Source of the DNA: Octopus bimaculoides
Taxonomy: Eukaryota
Length of the DNA: 50,938 nt
Assembly (NCBI RefSeq): GCF_001194135.2
Contig: NC_068998.1
Span: 31,286,583-31,337,520 of the forward strand
Reading direction: 5' to 3'
Positions 48,461 through 50,938 of the stretch are shown piece after piece; position 1 is the stretch's first letter; each line of letters opens with the position of its first letter. Below the pieces are notes generated by a model, which ran no database searches, was not told where the DNA came from, and worked only from the letters and a program-made list of their open reading frames with translations. The translations under genes and the position numbers were made by a program.

Positions 48461-48960
48461 TAGTAGTTGTAGTACTGCTCGCATAAGCATTAGTATTAGT
48501 AGTCTTACTAGTATTAACATTTGTTTTAGCCATACTCCGACCTACCCAGGAAGTGGGGATGCTTGTATCCTGATTTATGCTGGTTATAGTGCTCGGATTA
48601 TGGGTGTGGTATATGTTGTCGTGTTCGGTGTTAGTGTTTTAACTGTATTGACCTATGTTATGATTATATATATTTAGGTAGCAGGAATTAAGTAATGGAT
48701 GAGGTAACAACAGATTCTATATTGGGTGGAGAAGAGTAGGATAATTTCAGAGTAAATCCGTTGAAGATCGAATGGCACTTATGGTGATGTGGGAAGTTAG
48801 AGTCTACTATTTGAAAAAAAGGGTTTTGACTAAGCCCTTAACGTTTAAAGCGAATGTGGGTGTAAACCAGAGAATTGATCTTCTCCCACTTTTATTAGCA
48901 ATATAGGTGAAGTATAATCTATAGTATTTGTTAGAGGAGAGTTGCGGGATACATTGTTGT
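48340..48960 (-). mobile_element. Penelope-like fragment (WFxPxF linker domain + Thr/Asn-rich tail)
   Basis: RRSILWFTPTFALNVK / IVDSNFPHHHKCHSIFNGFTLKLSYSSPPNIESVV across a frameshift; (ATT)n at ~48408-48460 encodes poly-Asn. Confidence 0.75.
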
Positions 48961-48964
48961 TTAT

Positions 48965-49335
48965 CAGTTTGGGATTTGCGGAGGGTCAGAGTAGGTAACA
49001 AAAACAGGACAGTGAAAACAAAATAGTGTAAAAAACATACGAGGTAAGGTGGTGAATGCTGGAGGAACAAGCTTTGACAGGAGAAAAGATAGGAGAGGAA
49101 ACAGACAAGAATGCGTCTGGTCTGTGTGGCAGACCAAAAGAAAAGAAAGATGGCTGATGGTCACATGTGAGCAACGAGAGAGTAAAGGAGGAAGAGTGAG
49201 AGAGAGAGGGACAGATAGAAAATGGTGAAGGGGAGAACGTTCGCCACCTTACCTTGTATGGCTTAGCAGCACTCACTGTTTGTTTTCACTGTCCTGTTTT
49301 TGTTTCCAACTTTGACCCTCTGCAAATCCCAAATT
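48965..49335. repeat. ~95-bp imperfect inverted repeat (48965-49060 / 49238-49335) around a purine-rich spacer
   Basis: tttgggatttgc.gagggtca.agt.gg.aacaaaaacaggacagtgaaaacaaa mirrored. Confidence 0.8.
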
Positions 49336-49524
49336 TTATTTTGGTTCACAGGAGCAACTGTTTTCTCGAAGTATATGTATAAATGTATGTGTATGTCTAT
49401 GTATAAATGTATGTGTATGTCTATGTATAAATGTATGTGTATGCATGTGTGTGTGTGCGCATGCACGCATGCATGTGTACATGTATGTGTTCATGTGTGT
49501 ATTTGCTATGCATACATATGGTAG

Positions 49525-49758
49525 GAAGGGGTGAAATTCGTTAACTGTAAGGTTAGAGATGCAGTGTATAGCTTACGATGCACTGAAGGACGGTGCAGAA
49601 ACATGACAACTACCAACATTGGAGAGACTGTACACAGCATAAGAGAGCGTATAGGTGAACATTGGTGAGAGCTCAAAGAAGGGAAAAGCTCATCAGTGCT
49701 CTACCAACATACTCAGGCAAAACATGGAGGCTCGATTAATAGTATAGAAGTGATATGA
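49525..49758 (+). pseudogene. GIY-YIG endonuclease fragment of a Penelope-like element (not in ORF track)
   Basis: Own translation: VNCKVRDAVYSLRCTEGRC...TNIGETVHSIRERIGEHW*ELKEGKSSSVLYQHTQAKHGG. Confidence 0.75.
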
Positions 49759-49829
49759 CACTTAGATCACAGAGTCCACACACATAACAGTACACACATA
49801 ACAACTACAAAGCACTGTACTTAATGACT

Positions 49830-50270
49830 GACATGGTCGGATCGAACGATTTCGGATTTTGATGCATAGTATCTTAATCTTCATCAGCAACTCTTAACGC
49901 CTAAGGTTAAACTCAACTACCTCCGTCAGTCTTATAAGAAAAATCATTGAAAACCCTGTGTTGATTTTCAAAGCAGTAAAAGTGTAAACAACAAAATTTT
50001 GAGTTATTTTAACTCTTGTTTCTAGTAATAGCTGGTGCTGGTCAGTACTCTCCGTCACTTTTGTGACCTCTATTAATTTTGCCTTCAGGTTCAAATTGCT
50101 AATAAACCACCCATTTAATTTGTTGTTTACACTTTTACCGCTTTGAAATTCAGCGCAAGTTTTCAAAAAGACTGACAGAGATAGCTGAATTTAACCCTAG
50201 GCGTTAAGAGTCACTGACGTGGGTTAAGATGCTATGCATCAAGATTCTAAATTGTTCCATCCGACTATGT
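49830..50270. repeat. ~165-bp diverged inverted repeat (49830-49998 / 50117-50270), each arm with a hammerhead-like remnant
   Basis: Arms roughly 80% identical by eye; spacer sequence recurs directly at ~50310-50376 and ~50677-50755. Confidence 0.8.
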
Positions 50271-50371
50271 ACGCTGGGGACTTAACTTCCTTTGTTAGTC
50301 ATTAACTTTGTAGCTTTTGTGACTTCTATTAATTTTTGCCTTTAGGTTAAAATAGCTAAGCCACCCGTTTA

Positions 50372-50376
<5 letters not shown>

Positions 50377-50428
<52 letters not shown>

Positions 50429-50483
50429 GCATATATATATACATGCATGCATGCATGCATGCATGCATACATACATACATACA

Positions 50484-50514
<31 letters not shown>

Positions 50515-50530
50515 GTACATACATATCACA
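50377..50530. repeat. Compound (CA)n/(TA)n/(CATG)n/(CATA)n microsatellite
   Basis: Direct reading. Confidence 0.95.
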
Positions 50531-50754
50531 TCACGAAGTCTGGCCCTTCACTTCAAGGTTACAAAATATTTCAGCCTTTTCATGGAGCCCATAATGGAAT
50601 ACTGCTTTTTCACCCAGAACAGTGCTACTGCTAAGCACACGGACATCCAGGACATTAAGTACAGTGCTTTGTGGCCTTTGAGTTATTCTAACTCTTGTTT
50701 CTAGTAGTAGCTGGTGCTGATCAGTACCCTCTGTCACTTTTGTGATCTTTATTA

Positions 50755-50787
<33 letters not shown>

Positions 50788-50938
50788 AAGAGAGTGAGAG
50801 AGAGGGAGGGAGAGGCAATCTCAATTTCCAACTTGGCATGGAAGTTGTGTTAGAACACAGAACACTGCATTATTTACCGTGAGAAGATCTCTCATATGAA
50901 CTTGTGGGTGACCACAAGTCCATATGAGAGATTCTCTT

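Noticed and set aside
49150-49180. ctgatggtcacatgtgagcaacg as a hammerhead
   Set aside because: Needs at least three edits in the core and has no stem I or III.

Overview
Gapped (N-rich), AT-rich eukaryotic genomic window made almost entirely of decayed repeats. The repeat landscape ((TATG)n/(CA)n/(AAT)n microsatellites, tRNA-derived SINEs, one abundant RTE LINE family with a (GAT)n tail) suggests a cephalopod/Octopus-like genome; this is an inference, not a database result. No intact protein-coding gene is supported. Recognisable content: several RTE-clade LINE remnants, R4/Dong-like RLE retrotransposon fragments flanked by (CATA)n, a degenerate Ty3/Gypsy element with 3' LTR, five mariner remnants, three TIR-bounded non-autonomous DNA elements, and several Penelope-like (PLE; RT and/or GIY-YIG) fragments. 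The most notable signal, invisible in the ORF track, is a set of hammerhead-ribozyme-like motifs of several distinct designs, mostly tied to PLE debris and fold-back (inverted-repeat) structures. These include a canonical-core hammerhead with a 51-nt structured insert in stem II inside a 115-bp near-perfect inverted repeat (46727-47064), and a two-copy minimal variant with a CUGUYGA-A core. All folds were assigned by eye and none has been tested.
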